DNA from: Takakia lepidozioides
Lineage: Eukaryota; Plantae; Bryophyta
Assembly (NCBI GenBank): GCA_030704615.1
Contig: CM060734.1
Span: forward strand, 7,812,001-7,876,000
Length of the DNA stretch: 64,000 bases
Reading direction: 5' to 3'
Shown here: piece after piece, positions 48,581 through 60,900 of the stretch
How positions within the stretch are numbered: position 1 is the stretch's first letter
How the letters are laid out: every line of letters starts with the position of its first letter
Notes under the pieces: model-generated
What the model was told of the DNA's origin: nothing
The model's database searches: none
The model's input: only the letters and a program-made list of their open reading frames with translations
Translations under genes and position numbers: made by a program

Positions 48581-51539
48581 TTACACATTTTCCCTTCTAG
48601 AGTTGCTGTGGATGATGTTGTATTTGCACAAGGGACATGTCGCATTGATGCGCAGCCACTTGTCAATGCAGACACTATGAAAGTGATGACTGCATGGAAG
48701 CTCACGAAGCTCCACTCCATCATCATACGCTGACAGGCAGATGCAACATTCCTGTGCCCAACCAACCACCAGCATGTCAAGTCCTTCAGCATGCAACTAT
48801 GAGGACAGTGAGATCCAGTGTCAACAAGGTGCACGTCCTCTGCAGTAATAGTGTTTATTCTAGGAAAACTGCAGCTGAACCAAGGCTTACAGCGGGGTAC
48901 AAGAAGATCACCCATACTGCAACAAATTGATACCCCATGACCAAATTCAGTCTACTATCCAGAACTGCACATGCATGGCTACGCCCTCCTTCTAAAGGCT
49001 CATGTCAGACCACATACAGTTTTCAACATAATGCAACAACCAGTCGTCCATTACTATCAATCCAGCCACCATTAGTCAACCATCAGAAAGTAGTGGCTAC
49101 AACACAGGCAATAGCCCTTCCCACCTACCGCATCCTCTCCACATATGGTACGATCAGTCCCCGTGTCTGAAGCTCCAACTGAACTCATAACACCTGCCAG
49201 TAATCCTGCTTTCTCGCCAGCAGCCTTGTCATGGCTGCCAGTCCGTACAAATTTGAACTTTGCCAGTGAGTTGATATCTTCTTCTGAAGCGCCCTCCTGT
49301 CCCAGCCAAACAATTTTAGAGTACATGAGGCTTCCAAACAATATTTAAAAATGTTGCAAAGGAGTTATGGCAATCATGCACCTTCTGTGGCATGTTAAAG
49401 ACAATGACCTCCACTTTTCTATTCTGAACCAGTGAATCCAAAGAAAGCTAAGACATTTTGACGTAGCACTTCACACACCAGTAACAAAAAAATCTGAAAG
49501 TGTACTTCAGACTAATTGGCAGCCACAGGTGCTTCTCATCTCATCCGCTCCTCCTTATTCAGGAATCTTACGGCCATTCCTTCATTCTGGATGGCAAATG
49601 TGAAGGAACCGAGACAGACAGGATACTGTATACCTGATCAGCGACTGCATAAAGGATGGCGATGATGCAGGGTAGGCAGCAGCAGACGGCAATGCCAATG
49701 ACGCATGCCAGTGCAACGCAGAACACAACAAAGAAGACGTCAAATGCCAAAAACACCACGCATAGCCTGCAGACAACATGGACCAACAAATGTATCAAGC
49801 CTACCAGCTAATGAAGGCTCTCTTTCACAAACGTTTGCTGAGGCTTTCCCGTACCCCAAGGAGGATCCATTACAGGGAAAGACACAAAGTCACGAGGTGC
49901 TACAACCAGAGTTTTACCTGATTCTGTTTTCCCACGAGTTTCAAGCACAGCCATCTCAAAGCATCACACAAGTCTTGGTAAAAGTGGCGATGCTGTGCCT
50001 CTCAGGCCTGTAAGTGGAGACCCAGAGTTGAGTTGAGCTCAGGTATAAGTAACTACCCTCAATGTTTCAGTCAACAAGTCTCACGGCTTTCCTATCCACC
50101 AGCACTTTCTTATTAAGTTAGTTTAGGCCCCTTTCAACGCATTTGACAGTGAAGAGTATAACCCAGGGACGAAGTGCAGTGAGGATTGTCATTGAAGTTC
50201 CTTACCAGTACAGCTGCGGAGCATCCTGGGTAAGAGCTTGACCACCCGAAGTGATCCAGTAAAACCCAACAATCCACCACACAAACGAGAACATTGTGTT
50301 GGCAGACTCCAGTCGTTTTGCTAAGCTGAATCCAACATGGCCCAAGTAAGATGTTAGCCTCCATCTTTGACTTAATTGTGTCAGATTACTTGTGGCTCCC
50401 AAATTGGGTCACAATCAAAAGTTGCAAAAGCTGCTTCTCTGTAGTTTAATATTCTCCTGCAATCCTGACAAGATATGAAATGAGAAATTGTGCTAAATTC
50501 CCATTAAAAACAAATCTTAAGCAGCTCCTTGAACTGCAATCACATGTGAAAAAGTGGATATTAAGGGTTCACATATTATTAGAAATGTGTGGAGTTGTGA
50601 CCAACGCTAAATCATTTGAAGCTCCCCCACAAACAGGAGAGGCATCAATTAGAAATCAATGCTAATCATCAGTCAGTAATTAGGGTTTCTGACATCCAAT
50701 CAAGTATGCTGGAGAAGGACTTGGGCAGCATGAACCTCCTGGCCTTTAGAGACCATCACAAGCATGCAGAGACATAATGTGAAAGCGAAGCAGGCTCAAA
50801 CATACTTGAAGATGTTTGGCGCAGGAGGGCCACCATGTATGATCACCCCTCACAATTCTAAGATGTCCTTGAACGAAACATACCCACATTGACAAGCCAG
50901 AAATGAAGATTGGCAAACAAAAGATAAGCGAAAGGAATCATTTTGAGGGCCCAATTTAGCGTAGGAGAAAAACCTGGATTGCTCCGGAGGCCCACCGCCA
51001 TCAAATTCCAGTTCAGCATCTTGCTCAGAATCATGAGGGGCCGCTGAAGGTGACGGGTTCACAGAAGAAGAGCTTCCACTAGAGCGCTGTTGCCGCCTTC
51101 GCCGATACTCAAAGCAAACACAGAGCATGTGCACAACACACTGCAAAGCATACCCTAGGACCCACAGCCGAAGAGGCGTGCGCGGCCTCTCCTCCTTGCT
51201 CAATGCCAAGATGGCCAAGGCCACCTGCACAAATGCTAAATTCCAGATGAGGTCCAACACAACCACAGGCCTGGAGTATGCCCAATCACTCTGCCTCTCT
51301 TCCAGTTGCTCCGCTGCCGACTCCCGCACCAGCATGGACGGCTCCCGCATTATCTGCCGGCTACCAGCACGCCGCAGGTATCTGGCTGCCCCTTGCACTC
51401 TACTCCCTCTCCGACTGCTCCCCTCACTGCCGCTGCCCGAGCTACCATAGCCATTTGTCCCATGCCCATTTGCAAGCAAGGGCGTGGTATCCACTGCCAC
51501 TGATGATGAAGGAGATGGCTCCCCATTTCTGTCCATCAT
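48581..51539 (-). CDS. Transmembrane RING-H2 E3 ubiquitin ligase (At1g63170/At4g11680-like family), 5 exons
   Basis: Exons 51539-50974, 50325-50206, 49766-49634, 49296-49129 and 48751-48581 splice in frame via [33 protein letters not shown]; [12 protein letters not shown]; RING-H2 CCICL...[14 protein letters not shown]....CPLC. Confidence 0.95.
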
Positions 51540-51948
51540 TCCCACTACCTCTCTCCGCTACCTTCTTAGACCTGCACTCCGTACTCTATGCAGCCCCAGC
51601 ACAATCGGAGAACGTGGAAAGTAGTACATCACCCAAATTCCATTCTGCATCCCTTCACCTTCCCACCAAGCCAGGACCCATTCTTCTACACAACTCTCTC
51701 ACCAACTGCACAGCCCTTCTTCCTCTTCTTCGCCCGCTCTGCTTTACTCGCTGCTCCACTCCCCCATATCCAAGCGGCCCTCCACGTGCCATGCCCCATG
51801 TCCCATCGTGGACCCATGATTCTCATGGGTGAACCCTGCAAAGGAGCGGGCACATACGTGGACCCGAGGAACGGGGGGGTGTGAGGGAGCGACCCGCTCC
51901 CTCTTCTCGCGAAAAAGCTTCCTCGTCATGGCGCCCAGAGAGCCCAGC

Positions 51949-53183
51949 TAGGGAATTCCAAAAAGACCTTGATGTGAAATGCATCGCAATTCACTTGATC
52001 ACCCCCTACAAGTGCGCAATTCAATTGAATTGCAAGGGCAATTCAATTGAACTAACCCTAATTTGCAATTCAATTGAATCATCCTCCTCTGTACTTTCAT
52101 CCATGTATATCATCCATATTAGGCGAATTCATCCAAGATTTATATATTTTTTTGAGAATTTTGGCGACTTCATCCATGAGAAAATAGGGAATTTATGACA
52201 GAATATTCGATTTTGATTTTTGAGGTCGAAAAAGTGCGAAATTTCGCCAGAAATAAAAACACTGCTGACTACAATTCAATTGAATTGTAATCTATAATTT
52301 TTTAACTTATTTCTGTATATAATATATATGTATATATTTAAATTATACATATATACATACACAGGTATAAGCTAAAAATACATGCTGCCCGTTTATTCTT
52401 GCTGTCCGTCTGTCAATCCTTTGCCCGTGGTAAGGCTTGAGCCCAAGATAAGCCTAAGGGAGAGCGAGAGAGGGAGAGAGAGAGAGAGGAAGTCACGAAG
52501 CGCTTGTAAAAGCGGGATTGTCTCTCTTTGTGGATGTTGGTGCCAATATATGGCTATGTACATATACCAAACATGATACCAATGTAAGAGTATCAACGTG
52601 TAAGAGTTTGATATATTAAACTTATATAGAACACACATCCCAACTTCAACATGATACCTTTGTAAGGGTATCGAAATTTTTGATAATTCTCAAGATGAAC
52701 ATATTTTTTGTTTTCTTTGTCCTGGGCCAGATACTAGTGTTAGGGGACTACATGGTGATGCAGGGGAAGCCTTTCATCAATTGTCAGGTTTGATTTTGTC
52801 TGTTTTTTTCGGAGCCAGCCATGTTTCCTTTGCCAGTGAATCACAGGAAGCTGCTAATCTGTCTCCGTCTCTGGCTCTCCCTTTCTCGTTGAGGCTGAGG
52901 GTGGCTTCACAACTCCACAATTTCCTCAAGGGCACAAGAAAGAAGGCCAGCAAGAATAGACGGGCAACATGTATTTTTAGCTTATACTCTTATATGTGTA
53001 TAAATATAATTTGAATATATACATGTACATATATATTATATATTATATACAAAAATAAGTTAAAAATTATAGATTACAATTCAATTGAATTGCAGTCAGC
53101 AATTCAATTGAATTGCGCACTTTTAGGGGGTGATCAAGTGAATTGTGATGCATTTCACATCAAGGCCTTTTTGGAATTCCCTA
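51949..53183. mobile_element. Non-autonomous fold-back DNA transposon with ~230-bp TIRs; left TIR interrupted by a ~230-bp insert
   Basis: TAGGGAATTCCAAAAAG... at 51949 is inverted at 53183. Arms 51949-52033 plus ~52264-52405 pair with ~52948-53183. Flanking duplication CCCAGC(T). Confidence 0.9.
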
Positions 53184-53228
53184 CCCAGCTCTGTGGTGTC
53201 TGCTATACGGTAGCTGCTGCGGGCCACG

Positions 53229-56200
53229 ATGGACCCAAGTCCGAGCATCAGCATCAAGGAGATTGAGAATGAGATCCGAGAAAAAACGCATGGTCAGTGG
53301 CTGGATCGCATATTCGACAAGGATGGCTACAGGGCAGCAGTGTATTGGACGTCCGGAAACTTCTACTGTGGTGAATGGAAAAAGAATTTGAGAGATGGTA
53401 AGGGACCCTCCACATTCCAGCTCTTTGGTTGGCACCCCCAGTGCTTCGTGCATGACGCATAGAATTTCATTGTGGATGTCATGATCTGGCCTTGCACTTG
53501 TAGATTTGGAGTGTGAAGCATTTTGTTGAGAACATCTTGAAAGCCCTGAACAGAAAAGTTTGCTACACTAGTTATATTTTCAAGGAAGGATGTTCAAATT
53601 ATGAATATTGTCATATGATCATAAAAGCAGTAGAGTACTGGATATCCAAAGACTTGTTACAAGTCAGATACACTGAGAAAGACAAATGGTATTATTGTGC
53701 CCATTAAAAGATTGGTGATCAATCAGTAAAGGAAAATTAAGTCGTGATACGGATTCTGGCAAGATAGTGTAAATCTTGGAGAAAGGGTAGAGACCACTAT
53801 AATTTTCTTTACTGACATACCAAGGCTTATTAAAGGGTGCTGAAAAGGAATTATGTATATGATGTGGGAATGAATGAGGAAATTAAGGAAAAAACTAAGC
53901 AAGACAGAGCTGAAAGAATAAAGAATTATGCTGCAGAAAGGGAAGCTCGGTTGAGAAAAGAGTTCCCAGAATTACAAAATTTGAATATTATTCAAGGTGA
54001 GGCATCAAGACAAATTGACAGTGATAAACCAGAAGATCAGGAAATCGGATCTTTGGAAAGTGAGAACACTACATCAGAAGGAGTTGCAAGTAATGCACTT
54101 GGTGAATGGTTACCACAAGAAAGATTTGAAGGACCTTCTACAGTAACAAGTCCAAATCGAGGTTTTGCTGAAATATTGGAAGAAAAATTTGAGAATATTC
54201 TGAGTGAAGAAGGTGAAAGAAGTGAAACTACTTCTCCAGAAAGGATAACCAGGACTGCACTCAAAGCTTTTAAAGATTCATTAAGCTTAGTAGGGATAGC
54301 AGCTGGAAGACGGCTATCCTTGGGACAAGGACCTCCTAGTTTTGAATCATTATTTGGAAGACAAACACCAACAACACCACTAGCCTTGACAATCCCAACA
54401 CCAACACAGCCAACAGTAGCGGGACCATTCTAGTTTGGACAGCCGGTGGCACCAGCAGCACCAGTTGTACTAGTAGCACCAATGGCTTTAGCAGCAAGCA
54501 AAACCAGACCACCGTTTCCTTTATATGAAGGGAATCTGACCCGGATATCCATCTTAATCAATTTGAGAACATGTGCACCATTTACAATGAAGCAACAGAC
54601 CAGAAAAAGATCCGATTATTTCCTTGTTCAATGGCCAGAAAAGACATTGAATGGTTGGCAACCTTTCCAGCCAATCACTTTACAAATTGGGTGGATATGA
54701 TAGCCGCATTTCAAGAACGATATAGATCCAACAAAAATCTTCACATGATTACAGAACCTGAGACAGAAAAAGAAAGATTGGTAGTTGACTACCTGGAGAG
54801 AATGAAGACTTTGATCATGAAGCTACCTCAAGCACCAGGTGACGACTTACAAAAATCATGGTTCATCAATGGACTTCGTCCTGAATATGTAACCATGGTT
54901 ACATTCATGCCTAACAACACTTTGGCTAAAGCAGTAGGAACTGCAAAGAAATTGGAATTGGGATTTCATCAGAGCAGAAGTAAAGATTCCAAGGATCCCT
55001 TGGAAGAAGAAGACTCTGATGATGAAGAAAAACCCAACCAAAAGACTATTCCTAACTCCTCTGAATTTTGCATATGTCCAAATATTCTACATACATAGTG
55101 ATAGATTTTAATTTATAATTTTGATACAAACATTTGCTTATCTCTCTCTTATCTGCCACTCCCTCTTATTGTATACCCTAGTTTCGCCTTTGATATGACT
55201 GTGGAATCAATGGTGACAGGGAGGGGAATACATGTGTATAAGAGTGGGAACCGGTATGAGGGTGAGTTTAAGAATGGAAAGAGAGAAGGACATGGCACCT
55301 TTTGGGTTGTGGATGGTCCCTACTATCGGCCTACTTACCGTGGTGGCTGGAAGGCCAATTATTATCATGTATGTCGCATCTTATAAGCCTTATGTTTTTT
55401 GGTTTGTATTCTGGCTATGAAGTGGGAGAGCCAAGACAGAGAGACGGTGAGAAGTTTCCGAGCATTAGCTGCAGTAGAAGAACCAAACTTATGGAGTTCA
55501 GTGATTAAAGGTTTGATAGCAGGGCTTCCATCCTGACATAAGCTATGACATTTCTACTCTCCACATATATAAAGAACATAAGGCTGCAGCCATGTGTACT
55601 GTAGTTGCCCACCGTAAGTAGGGCAACAGCTTGACCACACGTGAGTCCCTGTCACAAGGTTGACATCATTGCCAAAAAAGTTAGTTTTTTTTTTGTTTGC
55701 CCCTTAGGCAGTAGGTGGGTGGCCTCTGGGAAGACCCTCATTCTATCTCCTGACTCCTCATCAAGTCTCATTGTTGAAGTATCATAAGCTTTGAACTAGA
55801 TTTGTGCTGATGGTGTACACTTCACACTGCTACCATGTTGTTTGCAACCTGTGAAAGAATCTCTCCTGTTGGCACGCTGTTTCACCACAGATGCCAAAAA
55901 CAAGGAACTAAAACCAAGAGATCAAAGAAGCAGGACTCTAACCTAAGTTCAGGGTTGGTTCCATTCAATAGGAATCTGACTGCTACAATTTCGCTTTTAT
56001 GGTTTCAAGCTCAGTGTATGTGACTACAACTTGTTCCGAGTCCCTCTCTTGTGCCTCTCTCTCTTGCAAACTGAACTGTTTGGTATTGTGGTTGTAGGGA
56101 CAAGGGCTTTTGTATGGGAACACAAACGTACCGTGACAGGTCATCAGAAGAAAAGGAATTTCATGTGTATAATGGCGAATGGGCCGGAAACAAACGTGAC

Positions 56201-57135
56201 GGCATTGGTACCCTCTTAATGGGTAAATATCTCGCCTCGCCACCCTCCCAAATAAATTGAGCCCTTTTTCTTCTTGGCTCACTCTATGTCTGTCTCCATA
56301 ATTTAAACTGCATCTCCCTTCTTTTCTTTTGAAGAGTGAAGGGGCACAATCTCTAACCATGTCACAACTGTGGCTAAAGGGCTAGAGGAAGAGTGTTGGA
56401 ATCTACTATCCCACGTCCCCCGTCTGATGAAAATTGAGCCGATTGATCAGCTCTCAATCCCCGCCAAGGTTTGGGGGGAATGCTCAATGTGTGCCCTCTC
56501 TCTGGTATCTGGCTGGGTTCTACACAGCAGGAAATTTTCAAGCCTGGGAAGGCAATGTCAGACAAGCTTGACGGTGTCTCTTGTACAACATGCCATCCCA
56601 TGGATATAAACAATCGATCCATCCTCTTGAGTACAACTGAATGCTGAAATGCTGTAACAGCAATTGCAAGGCTATTTGTGGAAGTAGAGCTATACGATGC
56701 ACCCCACTGTGGGTGACAATCTTGATATGAAACAACCACTCCTTGGACAGAGAGAACTGCAGGGGGTTTGGGAAATTGTATCGACCGTCCTCGTGATCAG
56801 TTGAACCTCTGGGATGTTTTCCCTACATATATTACAAGGTGAAGGCCCTCTAAAATGGTCTCTTGCTCAATGCAGTAAGTGGCAAGGTTTATCAAGGGCA
56901 CTTTGTGGATGACGTGAAAGAAGGATTGGGCATGTTTTATTACAAAGACAAGCAATCTAAGTATGAGGGTTTGTGGAGGAAAGATGTGGCTATTTGTGGC
57001 ACCTACAATCGATTCTTGAAACAAGGGTCTGGCCAGCTTGAATTGCCCTGTTTAGAGGTTCCGAGTTTCCAAGATTTGGCTGACAAGTGTCTGATGCTCG
57101 CCTCTGCAAGACCTCCCACTAGAGAGAGGTTTTGA
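53229..57135 (+). pseudogene. MORN-repeat protein gene (MORN3-like), apparently disrupted in exon 3
   Basis: Exons 53229-53397, 55220-55368, 56098-~56133 / 56140-56222 and 56876-57135 with MORN repeats (YCGEWKKNLRDG, YEGEFKNGKREG, YNGEWAGNKRDG, YQGHFVDDVKEG). In-frame TGA at 56134-56136 and a frame offset follow. Confidence 0.75.
53700..55060 (+). mobile_element. Retrotransposon gag fragment in intron 1 of the MORN gene
   Basis: FPLYEG..PDIHLNQFENMC...KIRLFPCSM...WLATFP..FTNWVDMIAAFQERY...KSWFINGLRP (Retrotrans_gag-like), frameshifted; boundaries approximate. Confidence 0.8.
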
Positions 57136-57978
57136 AATGTTTTTGTAAGTTTCTTTTGTACAAATCTTTGTAAGAAAGTTATTTCTTCTGTATACATCTT
57201 GTATGTTCTGCTTCCCCGGATCCAGGGAGAGAAGTTTTGAAGTTGGGAAACTTTATTTCAGTATCATTGCGCTCCCTGGGACCACATCCTTTGCCCTGCT
57301 TCACCTTTATCAAGAGAGGCCCTTAAGATCTATGAAAGACGCAAGGAGAAAAAAACACCTTGCAGACGACCACAGGGAGTACATGAAGGATTACCACCTA
57401 GAAGAGCCAGAAAGAACAAGATAGGAAAAAGACAATAGGTCTGCCAAGGAGTTAGCTAGCCAAAGACCTTGTCATCCTTGAACTTAAGAGGGCCAGAAGT
57501 GGTGCAGACCAAAAACACGGGCAAAACTACAAGGAACCCACCTGGTGAAGCTGAGACTGAGAAGCAGGAGTCGTATAGCACCCAGAACCACAGGAGCACA
57601 ACGCTGGCTTGAATCAATTAATAAAACGGAAGGGAAGGGAAGGAAAAAAAGTATAACAAAATGACTGATATTCCAGTTCATGACATTGAAAAGTTTAAAT
57701 GGATGAATTTCATCCTTGTTGGAAGCCTCAGCACATTAGTTCAAACTGCTCTTGTGCGCCACAGTACACCCACTAGATGCAGACCTTTAGTAGCCTAGCA
57801 TATCTCACTTCAGCCCTGCACCTATGTTACACAATCCAGTATAAGTATAGCGGTGAAGAACGGCTTTGTTGGAAAGTCTTACCTAACCTATCTTGTGAGA
57901 AACACATTGAAGAGAATTCGCAGGGATGAATTTGACCAGTGAGAGAAACGAAGACCCGCATTGATTGTGAACATGCAG

Positions 57979-60900
57979 TCAAAGGAAAGCTCGCAACATA
58001 ATTTCATTGACTTCATCTCGGCTATGTGATCTCTCTGCCTCTGCTGCCTCCACCAGGTCTTTTTGAGATATAACCCGTCTGTCCCCAACTCGCAAGGCAG
58101 CCTGCTCTTCCACATTGGTAGAAAATAAGTCGAACTGGTGTTATAGGCAGTAACCTCTTTACAGGATTGTATGGTCAATACTATGCATACATGGTCATTA
58201 TACTAGCATACACCAGAGAGATATTAGACTTTATCAACATCTTTCAAAAGAAATGGCATGTCATCCCTCTAAACATCAACAACCGACGGAAGATTCATCA
58301 AGTCTACCTGAAAAGAAAAAGAAAATTAAGCCCTACGCTCATGTTTCCATCAAGCAGCATGATGTTTCAAGTAGTCTTCATACAATGCTAGCCCGCTGGG
58401 CAGAGCTATTTATCAAGCTGTACTTGGATGGTCTTCTCCCCCATACCCTGAATGTGCTTCTCAGTCACACATGCAGAGAGATGCCGTAGACTGCCCATAG
58501 ACCATAAAGCTGGTTAGTTCACTGCAATCTAACAATATATGACAGTGTTGTGGTGCCAAGGCGTTTACAATGGAAAAACATACCTGCGCTGCAGCCCTGA
58601 CAATGGCACTGCTGATAGTTCCACTGGTGAAGTCAAAGCGGCGACCAAGCTCATCGAAGTCGATGCTCGGAGACAGGGGAGCCTGTTACAGCAAAAGAGA
58701 AGTTTGGATGGCTGACAAGATACAGGGAGTACCTAAATGGATCTAGAAATAACTCAAGGTACTCGTAGGTCTACAATATCAAGTTCATGGGAATAGTTTA
58801 GAAAAGCTCTCATAATAGACACGTCAACTCTTTGGCTCCCCGAAGCTGCCTCAGACTACATTTGGCCTGATTATAAGAAGCCAACGTCTGAAGACCGGCA
58901 GGGGTGTTTTTCAGGCTTTTTTGACAGACAGCTAAGCACTCAACCAGAATCTTCCCTCTAAGATTATTGGCTTCCGCTGCCTCTCTAGACAGGGATTGAC
59001 AGAGCTTGCGAAATGCCTGCAATTTAGCAAGAAACTTGAGAGTGGGGGAGGAGTAGCCAGCCTCCATAACCCAGCAGGCCGAGATACGATCGACAATATT
59101 AGCCCTATCCAAGATAGTGGGGTTCATCTTAAAGCCTCGATCTTTAGTGGGACTACCCAGGGACATGGATAAGGAGATAGCCGCATGATCAAACTCTGGG
59201 AGAATGGGACCAGCAGGAGAGGCATTGGACAAGCCAATGATAGCGGGAGAAATATAGAATCTGTCTAATCTCGCCATCCTCAGATCTGGAGGAGCCCTAT
59301 TGGTAGACCAGGTGAAGTGAAGATCATTTAGGCCACATTAGTCAATGCCGTAAAAAATTGTTTGCAATCCAACCTTTTCTGGAAGCATTTTTCGCCACAT
59401 ACGGGACCGAACTGATGGCTCTGGCATCTTGAACTCCACCAGAAACTTAAGCCTCCGAGTTAACTCTGGATCTAGCCTGTGAATAATGCTTCCCTGTGCC
59501 AGCAGACAGCCATCTTCAGCTTTGAGATCTCCCTGTGGCTCTCTTGAGCCCCTAGGTCTTTGAACCTAAACTAGGAGTCAAGAATGCACAATTACTTCCA
59601 GGCCTGCAATTCTTCATGAACAAGTAAAGTTGTGCCTGGAGAGAGTTGCTGCCCCCAGAGAGTAGGGCAATCATGAGAAACTTCAGTTCCCTCCGCACCT
59701 GTACATTGTTGGCAATCAGGATACAGATGCCTGGAAAGCGCTCAAGCTCATGAAGCAGCAGTCCAATTGCAACATGGGACCACGCTGACACGCTTCCAAC
59801 ACCAGACCCACCAGCTTCATCTTCGGCTCGAAATATCTAGGACCCAAAAAGACTGAAAACAGTTATATTCTATGGAACACTTCACTTCCGACTTTTAGAC
59901 AGCAGTGTGCAAAGATCATAATCCTTCAGTGCAACGGAAGAGTTTGCAATGAATTCAAAAGCTGTAGCTTGGGAGAACCTGGAAGTCTTCAAGCACAAGG
60001 ACAGCATCCATAAGGCGTGAATCTTTGAAAGCTGATATGATGTTGGATCCTGTCTTGGTGCTGCTCTCCCTTGATATCAGCTGTGCACAGTTTACAACCT
60101 GCAATCGTGCAGACATCAACACCAGCTTGGATACAAATCCAAAGAAAAAGCCAACAATACTGTATGATCCACATGGTCCGACCAATTTTTGTTGAATATG
60201 TAAGCATTTCTTCAGCAAGACATTCAAGCGCATCGATTCCTCTTATTCCCATGGTCAGCCATTTCTCTGCCACATGTATTACATGCCTCTGGGCCCTACA
60301 ACGAGTAGGATGGTGGAACACTAGCTTGGAAGCATTTGTCATTACTACACCAGAGAAAATACTGGGATTGAGTAATTTAATGTCTAGTGGGCATAAAAAT
60401 TTGAATTACCTTGAGAGGACGACCAAGCTCAAAACCAATAGCCTGCAATGACATCAATAAAAATAAAACATTAGCCATACCACTTCAAAGCTCCATTGTT
60501 TGCCACTGACAAGCCATAAACCCCCTCACTGCAGCACTGTAGAAAGATTTACAGCATACAATGGAGAGAGAGAAGCACCTCAGCAGCAGCCGATTTTCCA
60601 GTGCCATGGGAGCCCCAGAACAAACATGCAGTACCAAGGCGTTCTTGTTGAAAGCCCCATTGGCCAAGCAGGACTGCCCTGGCCTTTTCAAAATTAACAA
60701 TGGCATCCATACGATCACGCATGCCAGGACTCCAGACCAGTTCCTCCATGCTTGTCTTGGGCACAACCCTGTGAGTAAACGACTTCATCTGCATTCATGA
60801 CCAATTAAAAAAATTGTCAGACTGCATATGAACATTGAATAGTCAGCTGGCTACTCAAATTAAAGTGGTTTAGCTGGTGGAATGTACTCGTTGACAGGGA

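Noticed and set aside
51928-53213. Upstream ATG extending the MORN CDS across the fold-back element
   Set aside because: After removing the element, the frame from ATG 51928 meets TAG before 53229.
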